A stretch of 63,237 bases of DNA, the filler included, from Chiloscyllium plagiosum (taxonomy: Eukaryota): NCBI RefSeq assembly GCF_004010195.1. It is 5 parts of one record of this genome, joined end to end, with 100 filler letters (N's around TTAATTAATTAA, not from the genome) between each part and the next. Parts side by side here need not be neighbours in the genome. Positions count along the whole stretch, not along the records: positions 17,069 to 35,973 come from NC_057711.1; positions 36,074 to 40,203 come from NC_057711.1; 3 more parts are not named here. One strand, given 5' to 3'. Positions 26,248 through 40,084 of the stretch are shown piece after piece. A program made the position numbers and the translations under genes. Under the pieces are notes generated by a model. The model searched no databases and was not told the origin of the DNA. It was given only the letters and a program-made list of their open reading frames with translations. Within the stretch, counting starts at the first letter, position 1, and each line of letters opens with the position of its first letter.

Positions 26248-29200
26248 TTGTCTATTTACCCTATTCATGCTCCTCATGATTTTATAAACCTCTATAAGGT
26301 CACCCCTCAGCTTCCGATGCTCCAGGAAAACAGCCCCAGCCTATTTAGTCTCTCCGTATAGCTCCAACCCTGGCAACATCCTTGTAAATCTTTTCTGAAC
26401 CATTTCAAGTTTCACAACATCTTTCTGATAGGAGAGGGACCCGAATTGCATGTAGTATTCCAAAAGTGGCCTAACTACTGTCCTGTACACCCACAACATG
26501 ACCTCCCAACTCCTGTACTCAATGCTTTAACTAATAAAGGAAAGCATACTAAATGCCATTTTCACTATCCTATTTACCTGAGATTCCACTTTCAAGGAAC
26601 TATGAACCTGCACTCCAAGGTCTCTTTGTTTAGCAACACTCTCCAGGGTGCTATCATTAATTGTATAAGTTCTGCTCGATTCGCCTTTCCAAAATGCAGC
26701 GCCTCACATTTATCTAAATTAAATTCCATCTGCCACTCTTCGTTGGTCCATCTGATCAAGATTATGCTGAGCTAACCTTCTTCACTGTCCACTACACCTC
26801 CAATTTTGGTGTCACCTGCAAGTTTACTAACTATACCTATCTGCACATCCAAATTGTTTATATAAATGATGAAAAACAGTGGATTCAGCACTGATCCTTG
26901 TGGCACTCCATTGGTCACAGGCCTCCAGTCTGAAAAACAACCCTCCACCACTACCCTTGTCTTCTACTTTTGAGCCAGTTCTGTATCCAAATGGCTAGTT
27001 CTCCCTGTATTCCATGTCATCTAACCTTGCCAACCAGTCTACCACGAGGAACCTTGTTGAACGCCTTAGTCTAGAAGATTACGTCCACCGGTCTGCCCTC
27101 CTCAGTCTTGTTTGTTACTTCTTCAAAAAACTCAATCAAGTTAGTGAGACATGATGTCCTCTGCACAAAGCCATATTGACCATCCCTAATCAATCTTTGC
27201 CTATCCAAATACATGTAAATCCTGTCCCTCAGAATTCCCTACAATAATGTGCCCACCACCAATGTCAGGCTCACCAGTCTATAGTTCCCTGGTTTCTCCT
27301 TACCACCTTTCTTAAACAGTGGCACCACATTAGCCAACCTCCAGTCTTCTGGCACCTCACCTGTGACTATAGATCTCAAACAAATCTCCAGAAGGAGCCC
27401 AGCAATCACCTCCCTAACTTCCCACGGAGTTCTTGGGTACACCTGATCAGGTCCTGGGGATTTATTCACCATTATGCATTCTAAGACATCCAGCACTTCC
27501 TCCTCTGTAATTTGGACTTTTTTAGGATGTTACCATCTATTTCCACAAATTCTATATCTTCCATGTACTTCTCTACAGTAAACACTGATGCAAAATACTT
27601 ATTTATTATCTGTCCCATCTCCGTTTCCACACGGAGGCTGCCTTGCTGATCTTTGATGGGTCCTATTCTCTCCCTAGTTATCTTTTTGTCCTTAAATGTA
27701 TTTATAAAATGCCTTCAGATTTTTCCTTAAACCTATTTCACAAAGCATTCTCATGTCCCCTTTTTGGCCTCCTGATTTTCCTCTTAAGTATACTTCTACT
27801 GCCTTTACACTCTTAAGGGTTCACTCAAGTGCTGCTGTCTGTACCTGACATATGCTTCCTGCTTTTTCTTAACCAAAATCTCAATTTCTCTAGTCATCCA
27901 GCATTCCTTACACCTACCAGCCTTTCCTTTCACCCTAGCAGGAACATACTGTCTCTGAACTCTTGTTATCTCATTTTTGAAAACTTCCCATTTTCCAGCT
28001 GTTCCTTTACCTTTGAACATTTGCCCCCATCAACTTTTGAAAGTTCTTGCCTAGTACTGTCAAAATTGGCCTTCCTCCAATATAGATCCTGTCTATCCTT
28101 TTCCATCACTATTTTAAATCTAATAGAATTATGGTCACTGGCCCCGAAGTGCTCCCCCCACTGACACCTCAGTCACTTGCCCTGCCTTATTTCCCAAGAG
28201 TAAGTCAAGACTTGCACCTTCTCTAGTAGATACATCCACATATTAAATCAGAAAACTCTCTTGCATACACTTCACAAATTCCTCTCCATCTAAACCCTTA
28301 AAAAGTATGGCAGTCCTAGTCTATGTTTGAAAAGTATAAATCCCTTACCATAACCATCCTATTATTCTTACAGATAACAGATCTCCTTACAAATCTGTTT
28401 CTCAATTTCTCTCTAACTATCAGGTTGGAAGGTGGGTATCTATGATACAATCCCAATAAGGTAATCATCCCTTTCTTATTTCTCAGTTCCATCCAAATCA
28501 TGTCCTTGTTCATATTTCCAGGAATATCCTCCGTAAAAAAAGCTGTAATGTTATCCATTATCAAAAACGTCTCTCCCCCTCCTCTCTTACCTCCCCCCCC
28601 ACTTTCTATCCTTCCTACAGCATTTGTATCTGGAACATTAAAGGTGCCAGTCCTTCCCATCCCTGAGCCATGTTTCTGTAATTGCTATGATATCCCAGTC
28701 CCATGTTCCTAATCATGCCCTGAATTCATCTGCCTTCCCTGTTAGGTCACTTGCATTAAAATTCATTCAGTTTAATTGATCGATCCCACCTCGCTCTCTG
28801 CTTTGTTCCTGCCTGCCCTGGGTGTTTGGCTTGGTCCTTTTCCCAACTGTCCCAGTCTCAGACTGATCTCTTCCCTTACTATCTCCCTGGAATTCCCCTA
28901 TACCTCGCAACCACACCCCCCCCACCTTACTAGTTTAAATCTTTGAGTAGATCTAGCAAATCTCCCTGCTAGTATATTAGTTCAAGTTCAAGTGCAATCC
29001 GTCCTATTTATAGAGGTCACTTCTACCCTCAAAGAGATTCCAATGATCCAAAAATGTGAACCTTTCTCCCCTACACCAGCTCCTCAATCATGTATTCATC
29101 TGCTCTATCCTTCTATTCCTACCCTCACCAGCTGATAGCACTGGGAGTAATCTAGATATTATTAAACTCAAGGACCTCCTTTTTAAATGCCTTCCGAACT

Positions 29201-30454
29201 TCCTATATTCTCTCCTCAGAATCTCATCTTTTTCCCTTCCTATGACATTAGTTCTAATGTGTACAACAATCTCCTGCTGGTCCCATTCCTCTTTGAGAAC
29301 ATTCTGCACTCTCTCTGAGATACCTTTGATCCGGGCACTAGGTAAACAACACCTCGTTCTGATTTCTCCCTGTCGGCCGCAGAAACGTCTATCTGTGCCT
29401 CTGACTAGAGAGGTCCCTGTCACTAACAATCGCTTGGAACTTGATGTACCCCTCATTCCTTAGAGCTAGTCTCGGTGTCAGAAACTTGGCTGTTCATGCT
29501 ACATTCCCCTGAGTGTCCATCACCACCTATATTTTCCAAAACACCATGCTTGTTTGAGATGGGATAGCCACAGGAGACTTCTGCACAACTTGCCTCTCTC
29601 TCCCCAATCTTTCCTGGCAGTAACCTATCTACTTGACTATATCTGCAGTCTTTCTCCATTTCTATAATTGCCATCCATCACACCCCCCAGCTCCTGTAAA
29701 TTCCTTATTGCCTCTAACTGCTGCTCCAACTGATCCATAGGATTCACAACCAAACACACTTACTGCAGACATAATCATCAGTAACTTGGAAATTCTCCCT
29801 AATTTCTCACATCCAACAGGAAGAGCATATCATTCTACTCAACACCATCTTTGCACTATAACAATCCACAGACCCAGAAAATAACACAGTCTTCCTGCTC
29901 TAAGAAAAGCACTGCCAGGCTAACTTAGTACCTATGTTTCAGATTTTTAAATTTTAGTCAAGAGACAGATCTCAATAAATCATATAAAGAAAAATAATCC
30001 GATTTACTCTCTATTTAAAAAAAGACAGTAAGGTCACACTTAAAAACCACACACTTATTTGCTCCTGTGCCTTGAGCTCTCCCACAGATGTTCTTCCCAG
30101 GTCAGCTGTGAATTTTGCTGTTTATTAATTTTTCTTAGTTACACTCCAACGTCCAGAAAGACTTGAACTCAAACAGCAAAAACAGTAGCTGTGCAGATTC
30201 ACTGCTGTGGCAGGCAGTGTAAGTTTTTTTTTCTCTCTCTCTGACCATGTGATCTCTACCTTTGTCTCTCTTCCTCCTTTTAAAGTGCTTTGACTTGTTG
30301 ATTTTTTTTGTTTTAATTTTTTTTCCTTAAAGTTCCAAGACAATGCAACAGCTTTATAAAACAATTACTGCTTTTGGATTTCAAGGAAATCAACTCCACC
30401 TCAAAAAAGGAGCAGCTATTACAGCCACAATTTCTTCCCATCCTCCATCTTGGA
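26248..30454 (-). mobile_element. Near-full-length HER1/CR1 LINE (5' UTR, ORF1 esterase, ORF2 APE-RT), disrupted
   Basis: ORF fragments VRGTDRRFCG, IWMELRNKKGMITLLG, KSPGPDQVYPR...WRLANVVPLFKKGGKEKPGNYR, plus GVPQGSVL and FAGDTK-type RT motifs. Colinear with 33033-35973. Confidence 0.95.
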
Positions 30455-32551
30455 TTACCCAGAAACCTTTGTTTAATCATTTCCTCTCTGAACTTTCTAT
30501 AGTCAACCATGTTCTCACTTGTATTATTAAACTGACATATATATCATACTCACTTTTTCAGTTTCACCCTACTTTCTATTCTTTTATCACCAGGAAAAGC
30601 TGGCTTTGTGTATCTCACCTGTCCATTTCATGTGAATATATATTGACTGTACCCAAGCCATCTCCTCTTTAAAGTCAGCAGATTGTTCAATTGCAATTTT
30701 GCTACTAATGTTTAATTCCAATTTACTTTAGACAGATTGGTTCCCAGCTCACTGAAATTGGCCTCCTTCAATTACTTAGTTTTACTCTGGATTTCTCCTT
30801 ATCCTTTTCCATGTCAAACCTAAACCATATGTTACAATGATCACTGTCTTCTAAACCTTTCCCTATTGATATTTAATATATCTCATTTTCCAGAGCGATT
30901 TCTAGCAATGTTTGCTTCCTCTTTGTATTGGAAACATAGCGACCTTTAAAATCTTCTTGAATGCACTTCATAATCTCTTTCCCTCACTATCCTTGAAACT
31001 ATGGTTTTCCAATCTGTATTAGGATAGTTGAATTCCCACTTTATAACCACTTGTAGTTATTGCTCTGCAGTTCCCTAATTACCTTGCAAGTTTGTTCCTT
31101 TATATCTTTCATATTAGTTGGTGGCCTATGGAGTACACTCCATCATATATTCAGTGGTATATTTGTCACATTAATCTCTTCCTTTCATTAGTATGCTAAT
31201 GACAGCCCATTGATAGCTTGGCTGTTCATGTACATTAATCTCTGCTATTCCAGTGCAGAAGCTGAATTCTGTTGATTTCAGGAACTACAATTCTAATAAT
31301 TGGTGATCTGGTGTCACAAGGAAACAAAAAAAATTGTAATTGTATGAGCATTTATTTTCAAATATAAACTCTTTTTTGAAAGCACTATCATTAAAATTAA
31401 GTGGCTGTTTAAAATAAACTTTACAAAGGTCTTAAATGTGCTTGTTTTATTGAAAAAGTATTTAGCTGAGCAATTCTGTAGTTTCCACTTCAATACTTCC
31501 CCCATGCATTGACATCTGATGCTGACAAAAGCACACACTGCAACATCCCTGGTATTAGAATAATTTCCAATTATAGAATTCCTTGAACTATGAAGTTATT
31601 ATATTGTCATAGTAATAATTATGAAACTCTGCAGCTTAGTGAATAGAGGCTATCTCATGGTCAGCTGTGTTGCATGGTAAGTGAAATGACAAAATAACTC
31701 ATATTACAAGATGGCAAATGAAATTATTCATCAAACCACAACGCTGAGCATGACATTTCTTATGTTTATATTTATAGAATGTTCTTCACTGAAAATAACA
31801 TCCAGGAAAATATTTGAAACTATTTTAAAATAATGCTTTGTCACTATGATTGCTATTTCTATAATTAATAATTGATTTTATTTAGCGCCATTGTACAGAG
31901 TACTTGCAGTCTCCATCATAAATCTGCCCAATAGAATCAAATTCTAACATAAATGGCCTTAAATTGGATTCAAATTGAATAACAAATTATGGACAATTTT
32001 TTGATATTTTGTAGTTCATAATGTTTTGGGATGAGAAATACTCCATTTTGAGACATAGGAATTCAGAATGGATTCATGTTATATACCCCTTAGCATTTCA
32101 CCTATTACCTGTTTCACAGTGGCATTCATGGCAGCCTAGAAACAAGCAAGAATGACCTAAACTTTCAATTGACAAGGATATTACAACAGTTACCAGGTAA
32201 AAAGGGGAAGGAAAGGGTGAAATACCGTCCTCTCCAATTTAATCAATCTGAAACATATTTTCCCCCCATTACTGAATAGAAAACTGTTTCCAGGCAGTTT
32301 TGTCAAAGAAATGTCATGGAATCAACAGATTGGACTTTGACTAAATTGGAACTTGTTTCAAAATTTTCCCAACAAGCTGAGGTTAGAAAAACTGTTAATT
32401 ACAAACTTGCAAAAGAAGTATTCGTAACTGTTTACTCCGGTTAACTTGAGGAAGAGGACCTTTGACTTACTTAAGTCACAGGTGATCTGTTACAATTAGT
32501 TCAAATCTGTACTTGCCACTAACGTTGTAAAATTTTGGAATTTCATTTCTA

Positions 32552-33030
32552 TGTGTAGGAACATAACCCCTCCTCCAACCAGGGACAAAGACTCAGGAGG
32601 CAGGCAGGATTCAGGCAAGTGGCAGAATTTTATTCAAGCAAATACTGGTTAATGCAGGGAGAGGGCCAAATGATCTTCCCTGACTCTGGCCTCAATGTGA
32701 GAACGCGATTATTCTCTTAATCTTTGGCTCAGATCGGAAGAGAGATAATGACACACTCTGATTTTTACAATGAAATACAGCATTTTTATACATTTTTTGT
32801 TACAATAATCACATACAGTGTGGTCACTATGTCCTTCCCCCTTATTCCATATACCCAATCTTGTGAAACACATCATCAATGATGGACATTCTGATAGACA
32901 GCTCCAGGTTCCCATGGTGGTTAACAGACATTGTAATCGCCAGGCCTTGGGATCTTCCTATGCATCTATTAATCAGCATTTCAAAATTATTAAGTATACT
33001 CCTTCAGGTCTGTCCCAAATTTGCTTATCA
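32552..33030 (-). mobile_element. Possible LTR remnant
   Basis: Starts TGT, has antisense AATAAA (~32629) and antisense TATAAA (~32785) in LTR-like order. No second LTR seen. Confidence 0.3.
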
Positions 33031-33032
33031 CT

Positions 33033-35973
33033 CGAATTCCAGGAGCAGCAATTACTGTTTCATATGCTGTTGCCTTGTTTTGGAACTTTGGAGAAAAAAG
33101 GTCAAAACAACAGCAGTTTTAAAAGGGAGAAGAACAGAGAAAGGAAGCACATGGTGAGGACAGTGCAGGGGAGAGAGAGAGAGAGAGAGAGAACCTGCAA
33201 AGTTACTGCCTTTGCTGTTTTGAATTCATGTATCGCTGGACATCGGAGTGCGTCTGGGAAAATTAACAAACAGTGAATTTCATAACTGATCTTGGAGGAA
33301 CCTGTTTGGGGCGAAGTTTTCAGCACAGAATCAGAAAAGTTAATCATTGTTTTAAGTATGTCCAACAGAAAGGCTAGAGTAGTGAGTACAATGGGTTGTT
33401 TCTTGTTTTATGTTTTTGGAGATATGTCTCTTGATTAAACTTAAATTTAATCCATAACTATTCATTTAACCTGGGACGGTGTTTTGTAGAGGAATAAGAC
33501 GGTGTTATTTTCTAGGTCTGTAGATTGTGAAGGAGCAAAAATGGCCTTTGCAGTGATATGTACGTCTTGTCAGATGTGGGAATTTAAAGAGAGTTTAAGG
33601 GTTACTGCGGATTATATCTGCCATAAATGCTGTTGGATGCGAATCTTATCAGATCGAATGGATCAGTTGGAGAGACAGTTAGAAGCAATGAGGAATTTGC
33701 AACAGCAACAGTATGTGATGGATGGCAGTTATAGGAAGGAGGGAAAGTCTCAGATACAGTCACGTAGATAAGTTAACTCTAGGAAAGGTAAGAGAGGTGG
33801 GCACCCAGTGCAGGAGTCTTCTGTGGATATACCTATTTCAAACAGGTATATTGTTTTGGAAAATGTTGGGGTGATGGATTCTCAGTGGAACATAGCATGA
33901 ACAGCCAAGTTTCTGGTATTGAGAGTGGCTCTAATGCAACGAGGGGTACGTCGGCTTCCAAGAGATCAATTGTGTTAGGGGATTGTGTAGTCCGAGGTAC
34001 AGACAGATGTTTATGTGGCCCGCAGCGAAAAAGCAGAATGGTGTGTTGCTTCCCTGGTGCCAGGATCAAGGATGTCTCAGAGAGGGTGCAGAATGTTCTC
34101 AGGGGGGAGAGGGGCCAGCAAGAGGTCATTGTCCACATTGGAACGAACGACATAGGAAGGGAAACGGTTGAGATTCGGAAGGGAGATTACAGAGAGTTAG
34201 GCAGGAATTTAAAAAGGAAGTCCACGAGAGTAGTAATATCTGGATTACTCCCAGTGCTACGAGCTAGTGAGGGCAGGAATAGGAGGATAGAGCTGATGAA
34301 TGCATGGCTAAGGAGCTGGTGTTTGGGAGAAGGATTCACATTTTTGGATCATTGGAATCTCTTTTGGGTTAGAAGTGACCTGTACAAGAAGGACGGATTG
34401 CACCTAAATTGGAAGGGGACTAATATACTGGCAGGGAGATTTGCGAGAGCTGTTCAGGAGAGTTTAAACTAGTAAGGTCGGGGGGTGGGACCCAGGGAGA
34501 TAGTGAGAAAAGAGATTAATCTGAGACTGGTACAGTTGAGAACAGAAGCAAGTCAAACAGTCAGGGCAAGCAGGGACAAGGTCGGACTAATAAATTAAAC
34601 TGCATTTATTTCAATGCAAGGGGCCTAACAGGGAAGGCAGATGAACTCAGGGCATGGTTAGGAACATGGGACTGGGATATCATAGCAATTACAGAAACAT
34701 GGCTCAGGGATGGGAAGGACTTAATGCTCCAGGATACAAATGCTACAGGAAGGATAGAAAGGGAGGCAAGAGAGGAGGGGGAGTGGCATTTTTGATAAAG
34801 GACAGCATTACAGCTGTACTGAGTGAGGATATTCCTGGAAATACATCCAGGGAAGTTATTTGGGTGGAACTGAGAAATAAGAAAGGGATGATCACCTTAT
34901 TGGGAGTGTATTATAGACCCACTAATAGTCAGAGGGAAATTGAGAAACAAACTTGTAAGGAGATCTCAGCTATCTGTAAGAATGATAGGTTGGTTATGGT
35001 AGGGGATTTTAACTTTCCAAACATAGACTGGGACTGCCACAGTGTTAAAGGTTTAGAAGGAGAGGAATTTGTTGAGTGCGTACAAGACAATTTTCTGATT
35101 CAGTATGTGGATGTACCTACTAGAGAAGGTCCAAAACTTGACCTACTCTTGAGAAATAAGGCAGGGGAGGTAATTGAGGTGTCAGTGAGGTAGCACTTTG
35201 GGGCCAGCGACCATAATTCTGTTAGATTTAAAATACTGATGGAAAAAGATAGACCAGATCTAAAAGTTGAAGTTCTACATTGGAGAAAGGCCAATTTTGA
35301 CGGTATTAGGCAAGAACTTTTGAAAGCTGATTGGAGGCAGGTGTTCGCAGGTAAAGGGACGGCTGGAAAATGTGAAGCCTTCAGAAATGAGACAACGAGA
35401 ATCCAGAGACAGTATATTCCTGCCAGGGTGAAAGGAAAGGCTGGTAAGTATAGGGAATGCTGGATAACTAAAGAAATTGAGGGTTTGGTTAAGAAAAAGA
35501 AGGAAGCGTATTTAAGGTATAAACAGGATAGATCGAGTGAATCCTTAGAAGAGTATAAAGACAGTAGGAGTATACTTAAGAAGGAAATCAGGAGGGCAAA
35601 AAGGGGACAGGAAATAGCTTTGGCAAGTCGAATTAAGGAGAATCCAAAGGGTTTTTACAAATACCTTAAGGACAAAAGGGTAACTAGGGAGAGAATAGGG
35701 CCCCTCAAAGATCAGCAAGGCGGCCTTTGTGTGGAGCCACAGAAAATGGGGGAGATACTAAATGAATATTTTGCATCAGTATTTACTGTGGAAAAGGATA
35801 TGGAAGATATAGACTGTAGGGAAATAGATGGTGACATCTTGCAAAATGACCAGATTACAGAGGAGGAAGTGCTGGATGCATTGAAACGATTAAAGGCGGA
35901 TAAATCCCCAGGACCTGATCAGGAGTACCCGAGAACTCTGTGGGAAGCTAGAGAAGTGATTGCTGGGCCCCTT
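33033..35973 (+). mobile_element. Young HER1/CR1 LINE, 5' half (5' UTR with (GA)n, ORF1, ORF2 APE), running into the gap
   Basis: ORF1 MAFAVICTSCQMWE...YICHKC and SGNH esterase IVLGD...VHIGTND...DGLHLN. ORF2 CIYFNARGL, MVGDFNFP, SDHN and DKSPGPD. Few stops or frameshifts. Confidence 0.96.
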
Positions 35974-36073
35974 NNNNNNNNNNNNNNNNNNNNNNNNNNN
36001 NNNNNNNNNNNNNNNNNTTAATTAATTAANNNNNNNNNNNNNNNNNNNNNNNNNNNNNNNNNNNNNNNNNNNN
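35974..36073. other. Artificial gap spacer
   Basis: 44 N + TTAATTAATTAA + 44 N. Confidence 0.97.
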
Positions 36074-36541
36074 ATTCCTGGAATGGTAGGTCTAACATAT
36101 GAGGAACGGCTGAGGATCCTGGGATTGTATTCATTGGAGTTTAGAAGATTAAGGGGAGATCTAATAGAAACTTAGAAGATAATACATGGCTTGGAGAGGG
36201 TGGACGCTAGGAAATTGTTTCCATTAGGCGAGGAGACTAGGACCCGTGGACACAGCCTTAGAATTAGAGGGGGTAAATTCAGAATAGAAATGCGGAGACA
36301 TTTCTTCATCCAGACAGTGGTGGGCCTGTGGAATTGATTGCCAGAGTGCAGTGGAGGCTGGGATGCTAAATGTCTTCATGGCAGAAATTGATAAGTTCTT
36401 GATGTCACAAGGAATTAAGGGCTACGGGGAGAATGCGGGTAAGTGGAGTTGAAATGCCCATCAGCCATGATTGAATGGCGGAGTGGACTCGATGGGCCGA
36501 ATGGCCTTACTTCCGCTCCTATGTCTTATGGTCTTATGGTA
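36074..36541 (+). mobile_element. CR1 LINE 3' end (a family other than HER1)
   Basis: YEERLRILGLYSLEFRRLRGDLIE, with tail tatgtcttatggtcttatggt. Confidence 0.9.
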
Positions 36542-37535
36542 TTCCAAATCACGAGAGGTGTGGATTGAGTACATAGGGAGACACTGTTCCCACAAGATAA
36601 AGAATAAAAGGACAACATATGATTTAACTGCCACAACAGAGATTTGACTGCAAGATTGTGAAATGAATATCCAAGGTATTCATCACTTAGGCAAAATATG
36701 GAAAAAAAGAGATGGGGTAGAACTCTTAATGAAAGAATCAGTATGTTAGTGTGAGAGCAACTTACATAGAAGGATCAATTTGTAGCATCTGTTGGGTAGA
36801 GCTGAGTAACAGCAGGAGGCATCAAACACTGGTGAGGTTTGGTGAGGCCACCAAATAATGATAATATTGTTGGGCACAGTAAATATCAAGAAGTTAGGGA
36901 TGCATGTAACATGGGTAACACAGTACAATGGGTGTCTTCAATTTACATATAGACTGGGTAAACCTAATCAGCACTAATGCTTTGGAGAATGAATTATTGG
37001 AATGTGTATGAGATAGGCTTTCTGGGCAATGCATTGAAGAACCAACTAAAGATCAGACTACTCAAGATTTAATATTATGCAAGGAGTAACTGCTAATGAA
37101 TAACCTGTCTCTAAAATGGGTTTTGTTAATTGTACAGTAATATGTTAAAATCCCACATTAAGTTTGAATGTGATAGAATTAATTGTGAAACTAGGTTCTT
37201 TAATCTGACCAAGTTATGGAGGACAAGGTGGCTATGGTAGATTAGAAAAATATCCTAAAGGATTTGATGGTAGTCAGAACATTCAAAGTAGTAATAAATG
37301 GTTTACAACAGATGCACATTCCTCTAAGGCACAAACACCCAATGGGAATGTTCAATCAACTATGGCGAACAAAAGAAGTCAAAGCTTGCAACAGATCAAA
37401 AGGAGATGTGAATGCCAGAAAATATAGTAAACCTCAGAATTGGGAGCAGTTGAGAATTCAGGAAATTATGACCAAACACTGATAAAGAAAGGAAGAAAAG
37501 CATTTGAATTCAACACAAAATTGAAAGAAAGGTAG

Positions 37536-37687
37536 AAGCAAATTACTACAGATGCTGGAATCATACTGAAAACAACAAATGCTGGAGATCACAGCGGGTC
37601 GGGTCAGACAGCATCTATGGAGAGAGAGCTCTCTCTTCATTGATGCTGCCTGACCTTCTGTGATCTCCAGCATTAGTTGTTTTCAGT
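37536..37687. mobile_element. Penelope-derived palindrome
   Basis: actgaaaacaacaaatgctggagatcacag / ctgtgatctccagcattagttgttttcagt inverted arms. Confidence 0.7.
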
Positions 37688-38233
37688 GAAATAAAAAAAA
37701 AGGCAGGTTGTAAAAGCTTCTTTAGGAATGTGACACAGAATAGAATTGCTATGACAAATGTGGGCCCTTTCCAGGTGGAGACAGGAGAATGTATCGTGGA
37801 GAATAGAGAAACTGAACAGTCACCTCATACCTGTCTTTATGGAGGAAAATACAGAAATTACCCCAGACACACTGGGCAACCAAGGGACTTGTGAAACTGA
37901 GCAACTTAAAGAAATTAATTTTGGTAAACTGGCAATTATTGAAAATTTAACTGGGTTTAAGAATGATCAATCTTGGGCCAAATATGTAACATCCCAGAAT
38001 ATTGAAAAAGGTACCTACAGAGATAGAGGATTCATTGGCCATTATCTTTCAAAATTCTATAGCTTCTGAAAGGTTCCTGCCAACTTGAAAGTACCAAATA
38101 TAAGCACACTATATAAAGAGGGTGGGAGAGAGAGAATGAAGTACTATGGAACTGTTAGCTTGACATAAATAGAAGGGAAATAGTTAGAAACTTTTATAAA
38201 GAACTTGGTAACTAGACACTTAGAAAATAATGG

Positions 38234-38449
38234 ATCAGTGGTGCTGGAAGAGCACAGCAACTCAGGCAGCATTCGAGGACAGGCAAAATCGATGTTTCGG
38301 GCAAAAGCCCTTCCTTTTTTATTCCTGATGAAGGGCTTTTGCCCGAAACGTCGATTTTGCCTGTCCTCGGATGCTGCCTGAATTGCTGTGCTCTTCCAGC
38401 ACCACTGATCCAGAATCTGGTTTCCAGCATCTGCAGTCATTGTTTTTAC
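38234..38449 (+). mobile_element. Young Penelope-derived palindromic element (family A) with a 17-bp TSD
   Basis: 82-bp arms (38232-38313 and 38330-38411, 3 mismatches). Direct repeat cacttagaaaataatgg at 38217-38233 and 38450-38466. Confidence 0.9.
38321..38356 (+). ncRNA. Minimal type I hammerhead ribozyme motif
   Basis: attc CTGATGA a GGGC tttt GCCC GAAAC GTC gatt: intact core, stem II, palindromic ACGT stem III and GUC cleavage triplet. Confidence 0.75.
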
Positions 38450-39099
38450 CACTTAGAAAATAATGGTAGAATTAGGCAGAGTCAACATATATTTATGATA
38501 GGGAAATTGCATTTGACAGTCTCGTTGGGAGTTTTTTTGAGGCTGTTACTTATAGTAGAGATAAAGTAGAACTAGTGGATGTTGTGAACTAGATTTTCAG
38601 AAGTCTTTTGATCAGGTGCCACACAAGTGCTTAGCAAGTAAAATTAAACCTTATGGGACAGGGGGAAATTTACTAGCAAAGACAGCATACAGTAGAAATA
38701 AATGGATCTCAAATTCAAGTTACTACCTGTACTTGGGTGCTGCAACACCCAGTGCGAGGGCCACCGACACTCACAATCTATGTAAATGCGAGGACTGACT
38801 ATGACGGCTCAGATTTTCCAATGGCCAGAAATTGTTTTTTTTAGCATAGATGTGAGTTGCACATGGGAACCCTGTAGAATCTCTATCACAGAAAACTCTG
38901 AAGAATTTGCCTGGGGAATTGAAGATTCTGCTCAGCAATTCCTTTTTTTTAACAAATAAATTCTCCAAAAGTCCCTAATTCATCAGAATGCTTTGCATTC
39001 TCTCATTTAAATGAAGTCAATAGTTACTCAGGAAAAATTAGATGATTAAATACATTTGCCTAATTTTTGAGTAACTACTCATGTGACCCAATACTTACC

Positions 39100-39750
39100 T
39101 CACACAGCCCCAACTATTTGTTCCCATATTAATGATAAGTCCCAGATCTTGCCCTGACACCTGGGACCCAATGCCCCACCTTGTACTCCAGAACAAATAT
39201 AATCCTTCAACTACTCCAGACCTTATTCATATTCAATCACTCCAGTTTCAAACGTCTTTACTTCCCAGAATCCCTCATCCTAAGGGAGCAGGCAACTCTT
39301 TCTCCACTCTGGACCTGATCCCCATTCATTACCACCCAAGAGCCAATTCCATGTTCAAGTGCTCAGAACCCAATCTTCCTTTCACTGCTTCACCGTGACC
39401 CTTGTTCACCCCTAAGAGTTGATCTCCTTCCACCCCACCCAGCCCTTCCCTGCTTTACCCATTCTGGATCAGATCGGCTTCTACTCCACCAATTAACCCT
39501 TAGTCTTAACCTCCTCCAACTCAACATTCATCTGCCCTTGCCTCTTGCAGACCCTATTTCTCGCACTCACCCAGCCCTGCCTCTACCAGACCTTGTTTTT
39601 CTCACCCATCTCAACCAACTCTAAACACTGAATCACTTACCATGGCCCCCTCACCAGCTTTCACCCTATTCACTTGACATCCTATTCCTAAGCACCCTAC
39701 CCAGCTGACGCCCTACCCTCCTGGCACCTAACCTTGCACTTATCTCAAGC
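39100..39750. repeat. C-rich/G-poor low-complexity tract
   Basis: Strong C-over-G skew with recurrent ccc/cacc/ctac words and no clean period. Confidence 0.5.
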
Positions 39751-40084
39751 TTTCTGTGAATCTGGATCATTAAATTTCAGAACACAGCCACAGACTGCTG
39801 TGAAGTGGAGCATGGTTTGCCTTGCGCTGTCAACTCTGTTTTATGAAAGAACTGTTGTACGGAAGCACAGCACCACACTTTTGAATGAACCCTGATTAGA
39901 ATCATTTGCTATAAATGCAGAGCTCTTTCCTTTTGTAAAAATTAAGGATGGTATGGCAATCTGCAAGAGATTGACGCTCCTTAGAAAATCCAGCCAATAT
40001 TTCCAAATTTGCAGCTGGCACAAAGCTATATGTAAATGCAAATTGTGAGGGGATGGAAGACAGTTTCAAGCAGACTTGGACTGG

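Larger units (their letters stand above)
36620..38800 (+). mobile_element. Old decayed CR1 ORF2
   Basis: Remnants IDWVNL (APE) and HLENNGRIRQSQH, DFQKSFDQVPH (RT). Hosts two Penelope palindromes. Confidence 0.75.

Noticed and set aside
33171..33191. (GA)n tract and other microsatellites (21069 CA, 47389 AATAG, 62944 TC)
   Set aside because: Short and ordinary. The GA tract is part of the LINE 5' UTR.
33502..36021. Long ORFs (195, 179 and 260 aa) as possible host genes
   Set aside because: They are CR1 ORF1 esterase and ORF2 pieces broken by stops and frameshifts.
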